Made by a program: the position numbers and the translations under genes
The notes under the pieces: generated by a model
The model's input: only the letters and a program-made list of their open reading frames with translations
What the model was told of the DNA's origin: nothing
The model's database searches: none
Shown here: positions 36,655 through 49,499 of the stretch, piece after piece
How positions within the stretch are numbered: position 1 is the first letter of the stretch
Layout of the letters: each line of letters opens with the position of its first letter
Source: Octopus sinensis
Lineage: Eukaryota
Assembly (NCBI RefSeq): GCF_006345805.1
Contig: NC_042998.1
Coordinates: 22,072,001 to 22,136,000 of the forward strand
Length of the DNA: 64,000 nt
Reading direction: 5' to 3'

Positions 36655-37646
36655 AGAATAAAAGAATAAATAAAACTTATGAAAGAGTGAAAGAATTGGA
36701 GAAGAATGAGCAGATTGGCTCTTTAAATGTTACAAAAGAATTTCTGGCATTTTTTGTTCGTCGCTTATTTTTTAATATTTAATTCAATCTGAAATTAAAT
36801 ATTTAAATTAATTCAAAAACATAATCAAAAAGTACTAAAATAAAATTTTAAAAATCATGAATCTATTTTTTTCCCTATTTTTAATTTTCTATTTTCTATT
36901 TTTTTTCTAGTTTTTTTTTTGCTGTAGAATCGAGAGTGTGATATTTATGTTTTTTTTTTTTTTCGTAATCCGTATTATTTTTATACACCTTCCCCGCTCC
37001 ATCCATACACTACTACTTTTAAGTATTCAATGAATTATAGGTCATGTGGTTGAGTATTCCAAAGACGTGTGTACTCTTAATGTAATCTCCAGACAGAATC
37101 AATGTGGTAAAATCCATAACGGAATTGCATTTTTGAATTACAAAAGGTGAGAAAACCCTGCCCAGCTGAATAAAATCCAAGATATAAAGGCAGGTCCCTT
37201 ATGTCCATGCTCACTGCCCTGCTCCCCAACAACCCATCTTCCTGACACCTTCCGACTCCTTCCCACCCACCCACTCACCATCAATGTTTTCCCTCCCACC
37301 CACCTGCATGCAATATGCCCCTGTTGAATTCCTTCTTCACAACATATCCTCCTAATAGCCCTACCTTTCCACCAATGCCCACCCATTACTCCCCGCCACT
37401 TCCAGCTACCACTCTCCTTTCCCACCCTTGTGACCTCACCCACTCACTCACTCACTCACTCACTCACCCTCCTCAGTCCCCTGTCCACTTCACTAATACA
37501 TACTTCCCAGTAACTTAGGTATATGGGCCTTGTCCCTTCTTCATCACATCTTTACCATCTTCTCTCTCTTTTTCTGATATGGCCATGTTTCTCTTCTAAT
37601 GCAGGACACATTGGTTGTCAAGTGATGGCGGGAGGACAAACACAGA

Positions 37647-37678
<32 letters not shown>

Positions 37679-37808
37679 TGCCAGATCAGATTGGAGCCTG
37701 GTGAAGCCTCCAGGCTTGCCAGTCCTCTGTCAAACCGTCCAACCCATGTCAACATGGAAAACAGACAACGACAATGATAATATATATATATGATGATGAT
37801 GAAATATA

Positions 37809-38098
37809 GGCACAGGAGTGGAGTGGCTGTGTGGTAAGTAGCTTGCTTACCAACCACACGGTTTCGTGTTCAGTCCCACTGTGTGGCACCTTGGGCAAGT
37901 GTCTTCTTCTATATCCTTGGGCTGATCAAAGACTTGTGAGTGGATTTGGTAGACGGAAACTGAAAGGAGCCTGTCGTATATGTGTGTGTGTGTCTCTTTG
38001 TCCCCCCACCATCACTTGAAGACTTGTTGGTGTGTTTATATCCCCGTAATTTAGCAGTTCAGCAAAAAAGATCAATACAGTAAGTACTAGGCTTACAA
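37809..38098 (+). mobile_element. SINE family A, 3'-truncated
   Basis: Matches 19544 copy up to TACTAGGCTTACAAA. Confidence 0.88.
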
Positions 38099-39751
38099 AA
38101 AAATACTACCTTTCACCAGCACACCTGGGTCGGCACTGCATGAACCACAGTGCTTTCTTTCCCTAGCATGCAGCTTCCTATCCCAGACATGTGAGCATGT
38201 ACACAACAGCCAAACACCGCATCGCAGGAACTGTGAAGTATACAGTTCTATACAAGGATTTTTGTATTTTCTTTCATAAACTAGGTGGGTGGGTGGCTAC
38301 TGACATTCAGGTTAAGGATTATATAATGTACAAATAATATAAAGAAAGAATTAAAGAAGAAAGGACTTATTATATCGAATGTTATCGATAACATCAAGTG
38401 GAAACGGGGGGGGGTGCTGCAGTTCTGCCGTGCCTGTACATGAGCTGCCAATGTCTGAGACAATAAAATTCTGCAAGACCTCCTTCAGATTTGAAGTATT
38501 CCGTATAAAACAATATCCTTTTCTTCACAACCTTGCTTGCCAAGCAGGTGGCCAGTCAGAATTAACTCTAAATTAAAAAAAAAAAGGAGAAAAGCACGGA
38601 CGGCCACTCTTTTGATGTCTAAATTTCCAATGAATGAATGAATGAAAGAGCCTTGTTTTCTCGACTTAGAAATCGACTCTTTCTTCCTTGGTGGGATATT
38701 TCCAAAAATAAAACCCATAAAGACGTATATATATATATATATATATATATAGATCAGCCGAAAAGAGGGGCATCAATGAAAATAGGAAACATACTTGCTT
38801 GCTGAGGGGAACGGCAGAGGTAGGGGCTGGGGGGAGGGAAACTGATCCATCATCTGTCTTTCTTTCTTTCTTTCTTTCTCTCTCTCCCTCCCTCCCATTT
38901 ACTGCATTCCTGCCCTACATATATTCCTCCTCCCCACCGCCCTCCCCCCGCACCCCCTCAGCTGCTCTCTACCTCTTTACTTCATATCAATCACTATTTC
39001 CATGATGATTAAGTCGTTACATTCTCAACTAAACTGCCTCTACATCGCCACCACCACCACCACTGTCGCCACCACCACCACCACTGTCGCCACCACCACC
39101 ACCACTGTCGCCACCACCACCACCACTGTCGCCACCACCACCACCACCACCACTGTCGCCGCCGCCGCCAGCACAGCTATTGTTGCCATCCTCCTCACTT
39201 CACCTCACATAACTGTGCTTCAACAATTTCCACTACCACAACCTCCCCCGCCAACCTCCACCACCACCACCACCACCACCACCGCCCGGCAGCTAGAGCT
39301 ACTCCCCCCACACCCCCAGACTTTCCTATTGCCTGCAGCAACTTGCGGCTCTTTCACCACCACCACCACCACCACCACCGCGTTTACCTTTTACAACAAT
39401 CTCTCTCTCTCTCTCTAACTCTTTTCTCTTTTCTCCCCTCCCCGCCCTCATCTCTGTAGCAATCCTTATACTACAAACACATCATGTGCTCATGCGTGTG
39501 TGTGTGTGTGTGTGGTGTATATATATATATATATATACATATGTTTGTGTCATGTGTGCGTGTGTGTGTCTGTGTGTGTGTGTGTGTGTGTGGTTTGTGA
39601 GGTTGGAGTCATTAATAAAAACTGGCAGAATTACATGGTTATAGTTTGTAGTTGTAATTCCGATCAACTTTGACCTTTGCATGCCTGCCTGGTCATTCAT
39701 TGACTGACTGAGAACTGATTCATGAGGGAGCTATTCCAGACACACACACAC

Positions 39752-39793
<42 letters not shown>

Positions 39794-39871
39794 AAGCACG
39801 CAGGCAGAATATGGCTGGCAAACAACCACTTGTTTGCAAGGAATATCCAGAGGAGTGTTATTAAGCTTTCA

Positions 39872-40590
39872 GTGAAGGCACGTGGCTTAGTGGTTAGGGC
39901 ATTTGGCTCGTGATTGTAAAGTTGTGAGTTCGATTCCCGGTGATGCATTGTCTCCTTGAGCAAGACACTTCATTACACATTACTCCAGTCCATTCAACAG
40001 GAATAAAATTAATATTGGATCTTTTCGGTTTGAACGGCAGTTTTTTCTAGCGGTGTCATATGAAATTGTCACCCATAATTATGACCCTAGTATCGATCTA
40101 TTGCTTTTCAATCTGTTTTAGGGTTAGGGGTGGGGGGAAGGGTATCTTTTTTCTCCATAAATGTAATAAACCCAATCTGTTTCTTAAACGAGGACATATT
40201 CATACGGCACAATGTTTTCACCTCAATAGACGTCATTGATTGGTTGAAATTGCAGAATTGAAGAAAAAAAAAACACAATATCTTACAAACTATATAATTT
40301 TCTCAATAAAGCCAAGAGAAAAAGATGTTTTATAAAACACATTCTACCAGGATACGAAGTTTAAAAGTGTTTAGTTACGTGGAAATTATCTTAAAAACTG
40401 CCGTTCAAACCGAAAAGATCCTTAATATTACCTGTCTTTCAAAGGACCTGCCTTGTCACATTCCATGTCACGTTGAATCTCTCCGAGGATTACATTAAGG
40501 GCACGTGTATCTGCGGAGCCCTCAGCCATTTGCATGTTAATTTCCTGAGATGGCTGTTCTGTTAATCACCTCAACTGGAACCCTTGTTGT
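39872..40590 (+). mobile_element. SINE family E interrupted by the GGATC MITE
   Basis: Head GTGAAGGCACGTGGCTTAGTGGTTAGGGC; body resumes after 40421. Confidence 0.82.
40017..40421. mobile_element. GGATC-TIR MITE (Merlin-like by inference) with 8-bp TSD
   Basis: Perfect 29-bp TIRs; TSD TTAATATT at 40009-40016 and 40422-40429; internal TTAGGGTTAGGG. Confidence 0.92.
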
Positions 40591-40714
40591 CATAACTGAC
40601 TCTTATACTAGGGTCACACATACCTTACTCTTATGCTAGGGTCACACATAATATAGTAAGTTGGAAAAACTTTGATTAAATGAGCTTATAGATGCATTAA
40701 GAAGCTTTACTCTT

Positions 40715-41195
40715 AAGGCAGTGAGCTGGCAGAAATGTTAGCACACTGGGTGAAATGCTTAGCAGTAGTTCGTCTGACTTTATGTTCTGAGTTCAAATTC
40801 TGCTGAGGTCAACTTTGCCTTTTATCCTTTCGGGGTCGATAAATTAAGTCCTAGTTGTGTACTGGGATCGATCTAATCAACTGGCTCCCTCCCCAAAAAT
40901 GTCAGGGTCGATTAAATAAGTACTAGTTGTGTACTGGGGTTGATCTAATCAACTGGCTCCCTCCCCCAAAATTTCAGGGTCGCTTAAATAAGTACTAGTT
41001 GTGTATTAGGGTTGATCTAATCAACTGGCTCCCTCCCCCAAAATTTTGGGTTCGATTAAATAAGTACTAGTTGTGTACTGGGGTTGATCTAATCAACTGG
41101 CTCCCTCCTCCAAAATTTCGGGGTCGATTAAATAAGTACTAGTTGTGTACAGGAGTCGATCTAATCAACTGGCTCCCACAAAATTTCGGGGTCGA
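40715..41195 (+). mobile_element. SINE B variant with a 72-bp internal unit repeated 5 times
   Basis: Units start at about 40833, 40905, 40977, 41049 and 41121. Confidence 0.9.
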
Positions 41196-41300
41196 TTTCC
41201 AACTGTATTTTATTTATTCACACCGGAAAGTTGAAAGACAGAATTGATGTATGCAGGATTTGAACTTGGAACAAAGAGAGCTATCCCCAGATGCTTCTAA

Positions 41301-41497
41301 CCCTTTCGTTACCAACCTACCTGAAACCAGCTCTGGCTCTGTAGGTCTTGTTTTCATAAGTTTTGAATTAAAATCTTCCACCAAACCTTAGTCACAATTT
41401 ATGTCCTTAACACTAGCTGAATGATAACTAAGTTATTTTACTAAAATTAATTGAAAGAAACACAAAACATCTCAACAGAAATATGGTAAGAAAAGGG
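41301..41497. mobile_element. piggyBac-like MITE with CTAA flanks
   Basis: CTAA|CCCTTTCG...GAAAAGGG|CTAA; same family as 41518-41739 and 46257-46476. Confidence 0.82.
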
Positions 41498-41517
41498 CTA
41501 ACAAATGATTAATTTAA

Positions 41518-41739
41518 CCCATTTGGTACCAGCCAGGCTGAAACCGGCTCTGGCTCTGTAGTACAAATATCTTGTTTTCTAAAGTTCTGAATTAAAATCT
41601 TCTACCAAACCTCAGTCACAATTTATATTCCTAACACCAGTTTAATGATAACTAAGTTATTTTATGAAATTCTTTGTTATATTTAAAATTAATTGAAAGA
41701 AACACAGAGAATCTCAAAATGATTACAGTAACGAAAGGG
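41518..41739. mobile_element. piggyBac-like MITE
   Basis: TTAA|CCC...GAAAGGG|TTAA. Confidence 0.88.
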
Positions 41740-41800
41740 TTAAATCACATTATTAGGACAAATTGTTAGGACACATTATTAGGACAAATTTGAAAACTGA

Positions 41801-42570
41801 CACTCTATCGGTTATGACGACAAGGGTTCCAGCTGATCTGTTAAACAGAACAGCCTGCTTGTGAAATTAGCATGCAAGTGGCTGAGTACTCCTCAGACAT
41901 ATGTACACTTAAAGAAGTTCTCAGAGAGATTCAGTGTGACACAGAATGTGGTACTACTTAAGAAGAGTGGTCCCGGTGCGCGTACTCGCGCATCTGCGCT
42001 AGCTAGTCATGGCTAGTCGATCCTACAACTACCTAGCAAAGTAAATAAAACAGAAAATAAATTTTTTTTTACACAAAAAAAATATTGTAAATTTTAATCA
42101 AATTGTGAAGTGACCAATGTTGATTTAAACTTCTGGACAGCAAAATATAAATCTGATTTGAGGAAATAATCTCTTATTTACTTATTTATTGATGTAACAA
42201 ATTTAGATGTATGTGTGTGTGTGTGTGTGTATGTGTATATATATATATGTGTGTGTGTGTACGTATCTTGCGTATATATGCATCTAATTTTTTTAAAGCA
42301 AAATAAATAAAACACAAAAACACAAAGTAAGGATTGACTAGTCACGACTAGCTAGCGCGGATGCACGAGTGCGCGCACCGGGACCACTCTTTTTAAAGTA
42401 GTACCCAGAATGTGACAAGGCTGGCCCTTCACAATTCAGGTACTATTCATGTTTGCCAGATGGGTGGACAGGAACAATGTGAAATAAAGTGTCATGTACT
42501 GCCAGAAATTGAACCCATGACCTTACTATCATGAGCTACATACCCTAACCACTAAGTCATGTACCTTCAC
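41801..42570 (-). mobile_element. SINE family E interrupted by the GGTAC-TIR element
   Basis: Removing 41950-42405 and one TSD restores GTGTGACACAGAATGTGACAAGGCTGGCCC. Confidence 0.82.
41950..42405. mobile_element. GGTAC-TIR element (Merlin-like by inference) whose interior is shared with nearby DNA
   Basis: 75/76-bp GC-rich TIRs; TSD CAGAATGT at 41942-41949 and 42406-42413; 42089-42286 matches 43785-43988. Confidence 0.92.
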
Positions 42571-42609
42571 ATATGACATTTTTTAAATACTAATAAAAGT
42601 TTATGACTA

Positions 42610-42728
42610 GGTTACGATGTTAATGACTCGATCACTATGTAAATAGACAGGTCACAATGTTAATAAACCAGTCACATGTTAATAGCCAAGTTACATTGTT
42701 AATGGACGGGTCATAATCTTAATAAATC
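42610..42728. repeat. Degenerate 20-bp minisatellite x6
   Basis: RGTCACAATGTTAAT-like core plus 5 variable nt; units start at 42610, 42630, 42650, 42670, 42689 and 42709. Confidence 0.75.
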
Positions 42729-42947
42729 AATAGAGATATTGATGAACAAGTCTAAGTTTTAATCGTTTGTTTAATTGCCCATTATTATGGTCGCTTACAG
42801 AAGCAAAACTACGAAGCTCAGAGGATTTAAACAATAGTGTTAATGTTAATACAATTAAAGTGATATCGTTAAATACTGTGACAAAGGAGCCTTTATGTAG
42901 ATGCTCAAACTGCTAGAAATAATAGCCAATAGATAGTGGTGTTTGGT

Positions 42948-43250
42948 TCATCATCATCATCATCATCTTTTAAAATCCACTTTCCATGCTGGCATGGGTT
43001 AGACAGTTTGACTGAGGACTGACAAGCCAGGAGGCTGCACCAGGCTCTGATCTAATCTGGCAAGGTTCCTACAGTTGGATGCCCTTCCTAACATTCACCA
43101 CTCCAAGAGCTTAGTGGGAGATTTTTATGTGCTACTGGTATAGGGGCCAGTCAGGCAGTGCTGGCATCGACCATGCTTGAATGGTGCTTTTTACATGCCA
43201 CCAGCACAGGGACCAGTCAAGCAGTATCGGCATTGGCCATGACAATGATT
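42948..43250 (-). mobile_element. Family C element
   Basis: (CAT)n followed by CTTTCCATGCTGGCATGGGTTAGAC...GATGCCCTTCCTAAC. Confidence 0.8.
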
Positions 43251-44629
43251 TCACTTCAACGATGAAGTCGATGATATCGACCCCAGTGCATAACTGATAC
43301 TTATTTAATCGACCCCGAAAGGATGAAAGGCAAAGTTGACCCCGGCAGAATTTGAACTCAGAACTCAGATGAAATACTGCTAAGCATTTCGCACGGCGTG
43401 CTAACGTTTCTGCCGGCTCGCCGCCTTCTTTCAGTTTCCGTCTACCAAATCCACTCACAAGGCTTTGGTTGCCCAGACCCTATAGTAGAAGACACTTGCC
43501 CGAGGTGCCATGCAGTGGGACTGAACCTGGAACCATGTGGTTGGGAAGCCACACAGCCATACCTGCACCTATAACCAAACTGCACCAAACAATTTTTAAT
43601 GACATAATTTTTGATTATTTAAGAGGGGAAAAATAATGTTCTTGACTCAGAAATAAAACCTCTAAAAGGAAAAACATTTAGAAAAGTAATCATGCAATGT
43701 AAAGATTTAGAATTCATAGATTTTAGCAAAATAGACTGGTCAGTTGCATGATTAATCAGAGTGTTTCTTCTGATAATGTGGCTAAAATTTTAATCAAATT
43801 GTGAAGTGACCAACGTTGATTTAAACTTCTGGACAGCAAAATATAAATCTTATTTGAGGAAATAATCTCTTATTTACTTATTTATTGATGTAACAAATTT
43901 AGATGTATGTGTGTGTGTGTATGTATGTGTATATATGTGCATGCGTGTGTGTGTGTGTACGTACGTATCTTGCGTATATATGCATCTACCTGCCTGTCTA
44001 TCTATCTGTCTATATATCTATCTATCTATCTATCAGTCTATGTGTGTGCATATTTGTGTGTGTGTGTATGTATGTATGTAGATATTACATCATCTATATC
44101 ATTGTTTAACGTCCGCTTTCCATGCTAGCATGGGTTAGACGATTTGACTAAGGTTTCCTAAACCAGATGGCTGCGAGCAGACTCCAATTTGATCTGGCTA
44201 GTTCTCTTTTTCTCTCTCTCTCTCTCTCTATCTCTATATATATATATATATATTAAATGCATGTATATATATATTATATATATATTATATTATCTTATAT
44301 ATACATCATGTAGATATAATATATATATATATAATATATACATATACAGCATGTAGATATACATATATATATATATATAAATATAACTACACACACACCA
44401 CACACACATATATACACCTGTCTTTGTCTTTGGTTTTTCTGTAAATTTCAACTATATATATAAATAAATATATATATATATGTATATATATATGAATATA
44501 TATACACACACACACACATATATATACATATATATCATACTTAATGTATGCATACTGTTGATAGCCAGTCATTGCATAACAGAAATATATTCATGTACTA
44601 TACATACATACATGCATACTTACACATAG

Positions 44630-44664
<35 letters not shown>

Positions 44665-44999
44665 AATACACCAACCCACATACGTGTCTGTGTGAGTATT
44701 TTCCTATCTACCAGTCAACAAACATCTTTTTTTTTTAATATTTTATAATTATAACATTATAACACGATTATTGTTGATTTTATATTTTCTTGCTGTTTAA
44801 TGTGGAATTTGATGCAAAATAATAACATAAAAATTAGATTAGAATGATGGTAATTTTTGATTTTTTTTTACGGTTTGTTTTTGCAAATGTTGAAATATGA
44901 AGAAATAATATTAACAAGCAATAACTTTTAGTTGAGTAATTAAATAATGCAACCAAAACCCAGAATACAATTCTGCAACAGAAAATATGATTTTATTGC

Positions 45000-45115
45000 A
45001 GTGTTGGTATACTAAATATTTATATTTGTGTGTGTGCATGCATATATATATATATAAATATGTATGTATGTATGTTAATAATTATCGCCATACTAATATG
45101 GCATTCTTAAAAATG

Positions 45116-45158
<43 letters not shown>

Positions 45159-45237
45159 GCATATCTATATGTGTAAATATATGTATGTATGTATCTGTCT
45201 ATCTTATACCTCTCTCTCTTTTTCTATCTGTATATAT

Positions 45238-45283
<46 letters not shown>

Positions 45284-45670
45284 AACATATATCATATAAT
45301 ATATTCATATATCCATATATATACATGCATACATACATATATTTATATATATATATATATATTATAATATATATATAATCATTGATACATATAAATATAT
45401 TTATGTGTATATACTTATACAGAGACACAGATACATATATGTATATATATGTGTGTGCGTGTATATACATTCACACACAGATGTACAAGTGTGTATATAT
45501 ATTTATATACATACACACACACACACATATATATGTGTATATATGTACAGATACTCCATGTATATACATACACACACATGCATATATATACTCACACACA
45601 CACTTACATACATATATACACACACACACACAAACACACACTCACACTCATATGTATATATGTGTGTACG
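45000..45670. repeat. (TA)n/(CA)n compound microsatellite
   Basis: Direct inspection. Confidence 0.93.
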
Positions 45671-46256
45671 TATAGGTATGCGTCAAAGATTCAAAAGAAT
45701 AATATTTCAATTCTATCATCATAAGTGCAATAGTTAAGAGCTTATATAGAAATTTGGTTGAAATTTTGGTGAAAGATTAAATTGAGAACTTTCAGAACTA
45801 AGTAAATATTTAAAACTAAAATTAAAAAAAAACAACAAAAACCTATGCAGCCACATTAAAGATATAGGTAAATACATCAACAACATATCCATGTATATAT
45901 ATATATATATATGCACTTGAGTATGTTTGCTAATATACATACATGTATAAATATAGATGTGTGTTTGCATGTGTAAATATTTGGGAACAGGCAAGACATA
46001 AAACATATCACCAACATATATAGTTGTAAGTCTTACATGCTTAAATGATTTGTATGTATTGATTACATGTATTATTTTTGCTTAAAAGACGTATCATATT
46101 TAATATTGCATCTCTTGATGGCAAATATTAAGGATATTAACCCCATTTTTTTTTGTGTCATCATCATCATCATCATCATCATGAGGATGACACACGCAAA
46201 AAAAAAAAAGATGAAAGTGGGGGAGGTAAGTTGATTACATCAACCCCTGTGTTTAA

Positions 46257-46476
46257 CCCTTTCGATACCAACCCGGCTGAAACCGGCTCTGGATTTGAGT
46301 ACAAATTTCTTGTTTTCATAAGTTTTGAATTAAAATCTTCCACCAAACCTTAGTCACAATTTATGTTCCTAACACTAGCTGAATGATAACTAAGTTATTT
46401 TACTAAATTCTTTGTTATATTTAAATTAATTGAAAGACACACAGAGCATCTCAAAATAAATACAGTAATGAAAGGG
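46257..46476. mobile_element. piggyBac-like MITE
   Basis: TTAA|CCCTTTCGATAC...GTAATGAAAGGG|TTAA, 220 bp. Confidence 0.9.
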
Positions 46477-46940
46477 TTAACTGGTACTTAATTTATTGAC
46501 CATGGGAGGCTAGAGGACAAAATCAACCTCGGTGCTATTTGAACTCAGAACGTACAGATCCAGAAATAATGCAGAGATGGGCTTACTTCATCACAGTGAT
46601 GCCTGTGGTCGACTGGTAATTATTTTGTGAACCCTGGAAGAAAGAAAAGCAAAACTAACCTTGGAAGAGTTTGAACTCTGGCAGGGGTCGTGGTGAACCC
46701 TGCTGTACTCCCTCACCACTGTTCTCTCTCAGTCTTTCTTCATGTTTCTGTTGTACCTGTATTTCAAAGGGCCAGCCTTGTCACACTCTATGTTATGCTG
46801 AATCTCCCTGAGAACTACGTTAAGGGTACACATGTCTGTGCAGTGCTCAGCCACTTGCAGGCTAATTTCACGAGCAGGCTGTTCCGTTGATTGGATCAAC
46901 TGGAACCCTCATCATCATAACTGACAGAGTAGTATGTGTG

Positions 46941-46990
<50 letters not shown>

Positions 46991-47217
46991 GTGTGTATGT
47001 ATGTATGTATGTAAATGTCCAACGGTGAAATGAGTGCCCAACACCGCATTGGTGGTGGTGGTGGTGGTGTATGTGTGTATGTGTATGTAGCTACATGCAA
47101 ATACCTGCATATATATGTTTGAATATATACATATATATATGTGTATGTAATATATATATATATGTTTGACCACTTATGTATATCTACATATATGTACACA
47201 CATGTATACATATGCAT

Positions 47218-47545
47218 GTAAGTTTTTTTGTCTTGCAAGCACTTGGTGACCCTGTCAGTGCAGGTGCCACTTGAAAGCACCCGGTCCTCTCTGTAAAATG
47301 GTTGGTGCTTGGTAGGGCTTCCATCTGTGAAAACCTTGCCAAAACTGACCTCACCTGTGCTTGTGCCATGTAAAAAGCACAAAGTCAACTCTGCTGAATG
47401 GTTGGTGTTAGAAACGGTATCCAGCTGTAAAAAATCCTGTCAAAACAGTCTCAGAAGTGTGGTGCAAACTTCTGCCTGGCTGGCTCTTGTGAAACCGTCC
47501 CACCCATGCCAGCATGGAAGGCAGATGTTAAACGATGATGATGAT
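47218..47545 (+). mobile_element. Family C element, diverged
   Basis: GAAACCGTCCCACCCATGCCAGCATGGAAGGCAGATGTTAAACGATGATGATG tail. Confidence 0.78.
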
Positions 47546-47896
47546 CATGATTCATTGGAACTTCTTCATTGGAAAGTGTTATCCGGAAAATTTTTGTCCA
47601 TACCTCAGGACAGCTGCCATTATTATGAGATTTCGTGAATGTATGTTTGTGTGTGTGTGTGTGTGGATATATTTTTTTTTCTGTTTGGTGAGATCTTGAA
47701 CTAATCTTAGTCAAATATTTTCTTTCAAACATAGAACTTATGCTGTTGACTCAAAGTTTATGTAATTATTCTATATTAAATATTCATAGCCATTGAATAT
47801 ATTGGATGCTTTAATTTGTTGAACTTATCGACTAAAAACAATGCACGCACCACACACACACGTGTATATGGATGTAAATTGCGTGTGTGTGTATAT

Positions 47897-48229
47897 ATAA
47901 TAATAATAATAATGAAATTATTGTATACAGTGCTCAGGTGCACCACAACTTGTCAGAAAGTGCATATAAAGTACATGCAGTAATGTAGAAATGTCTGGAA
48001 AGTGAACATGCTTGTGTGTGTAGGGAGGGGAGGAAAATCAAGTGTAGTGTTGGCGAATCTCAGGAAGCATGGAAGTCTTGAAGGATGCAGTGCTCCGACA
48101 ACTAACAACCGATGCCGGCAGTTTGTTCCACGCTTCAGCACACTCTCAGCGTGAAAAAATGTTTCCTGAAGTCATGGGGAGGTGTGCTGTTTTCTTACTT
48201 TGTAAATATGTCCACGGGTGTTAGATGGG
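47897..48229 (-). pseudogene. CR1-group LINE 3' end: RT C-terminus, 3' UTR and (ATT)n tail
   Basis: Minus strand NTRGHIYKVRKQHTSHDFRKHFFTLRV/AEAWNKLPASVVSCRSTASFKTSMLPEIRQHYT* (one 1-nt frameshift; stop at 48038-48040), matching the TRGH...FFS.RV...WN.LP..VV....FK motif. Confidence 0.88.
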
Positions 48230-48655
48230 GCATGGAGTTTGAATATATATATAATATATTATATATTATATATATATATATTATATATATATATGAATTT
48301 GTGTCTGCAAGATGCCTGATGTGAAGTCATGTGTTGAAACAGATATTGTTGTATTTATGAAGACGGATGTGACAAAAGATTTGTGACAAAAGATATGTGA
48401 CAAAAGATTTCTGCAATCTATGAAAAGTTTCCGTTCTACAAATGAACCAAAAACTATCCAGCAGCTTGGTAGGCATAAAAGACTAACTGGCATCCTGATG
48501 TTTCCGGTACTGTCACATTTCACAGTCACTTGAGCAAGTCCCCTTTTCTTCTAGACCCCCAGTTAAAACAACACTTTGCAAGGCAATTTGGAACACAACC
48601 TACAGGAAGGTTTCCATGTGTTTGTGTATGTATTTATAGGTGTGTTAATGTATGT

Positions 48656-49032
48656 GGAGGCGCAATGGCCCAGTGGTTAGGGCAGCGGACTCGCGGTCAT
48701 AGGATCGCGGTTTCGATTCCCAGACCGGGCGTTGTGAGTGTTTATTGAGCGAAAACACCTAAAAAGCCCCATGAGGCTCCGGCAGGGATGGTGGTGATCC
48801 CTGCTGTACTCTTTCACCACTCTTTCTCTCACTCTTACTTCCTGTTTCTGTTGTACCTGTATTTCAAAAGGCCGGCCTTGTCACTCTCTGTGTCACGCTG
48901 AATATCCCCGAGAACGACGTTAAGGGTACACGTGTCTGTGGAGTGCTCAGCCACTTACACGATAATTTCACGAGCAGGCTGTTCCGTTGATCGGATCAAC
49001 CGGAACCCTTATCGTCGTAACCGACGAAGTGC
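48656..49032 (+). mobile_element. SINE family D, full length (tRNA-derived head, 3' half shared with family E)
   Basis: GGAGGCGCAATGGCCCAGTGGTTAGGGCAGCGGAC...GGTTTCGATTCCC; 3' half matches 46690-46930 and 40430-40590. Confidence 0.9.
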
Positions 49033-49499
49033 TTCCATTCCAATGTGTGTATGCATAAGAATGTGTGTGTATCTATATATTCTGGACAATACAGAATGTT
49101 TAGCAATGGCAGAGGTGTCCGGCTGGGAAATGCTGACTCAGATAAATCGTTATCCTATTTAACGAACTTGTGATTCCTCCATTGAGAACTAGTAGCCTAT
49201 GATATTGTTATTCATAGCTGTGATACATACCAAAAATAAATAAATAAGTAATAAAACAAAAAATACAATAAAACAAACAGATAATGACAGGGATGTGCGA
49301 TTAAGATGACAGAAACTTGATATATGGAGACTGGGTACAAACCAGAGCACATACAAATACATATTTATATTTGCATGGAAATGTATATGTTCATATATAA
49401 ATAGATACATCCCTATGTATATATTTATATATGTATGTATGCATTCATTCATGCATGTATATATATATATGTATGCTAGCATGGAAAACGGACGTTAAA

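Noticed and set aside
39002-39418. Thr-rich ORF with (VATTTTT)n, mucin-like
   Set aside because: A 21-bp variant of the (CAC)n microsatellite, bounded by CT/TG repeats with no splice support.
39664-39676. DR1 nuclear-receptor-like site (AGGTCA-A-AGTTGA on the minus strand)
   Set aside because: A single motif with no corroborating evidence.
47555-47625. ELLHWKVL... resembling the mariner WEVLPHPPYSPDLAP region
   Set aside because: The diagnostic YSPDL motif cannot be read in any frame and no TIRs were found.
48314-48352. CTGATGT...GAAACAGATATTGTTGTA hammerhead-like string
   Set aside because: Core A9 is altered, stem II is poor and there is no palindrome or stem I pairing.
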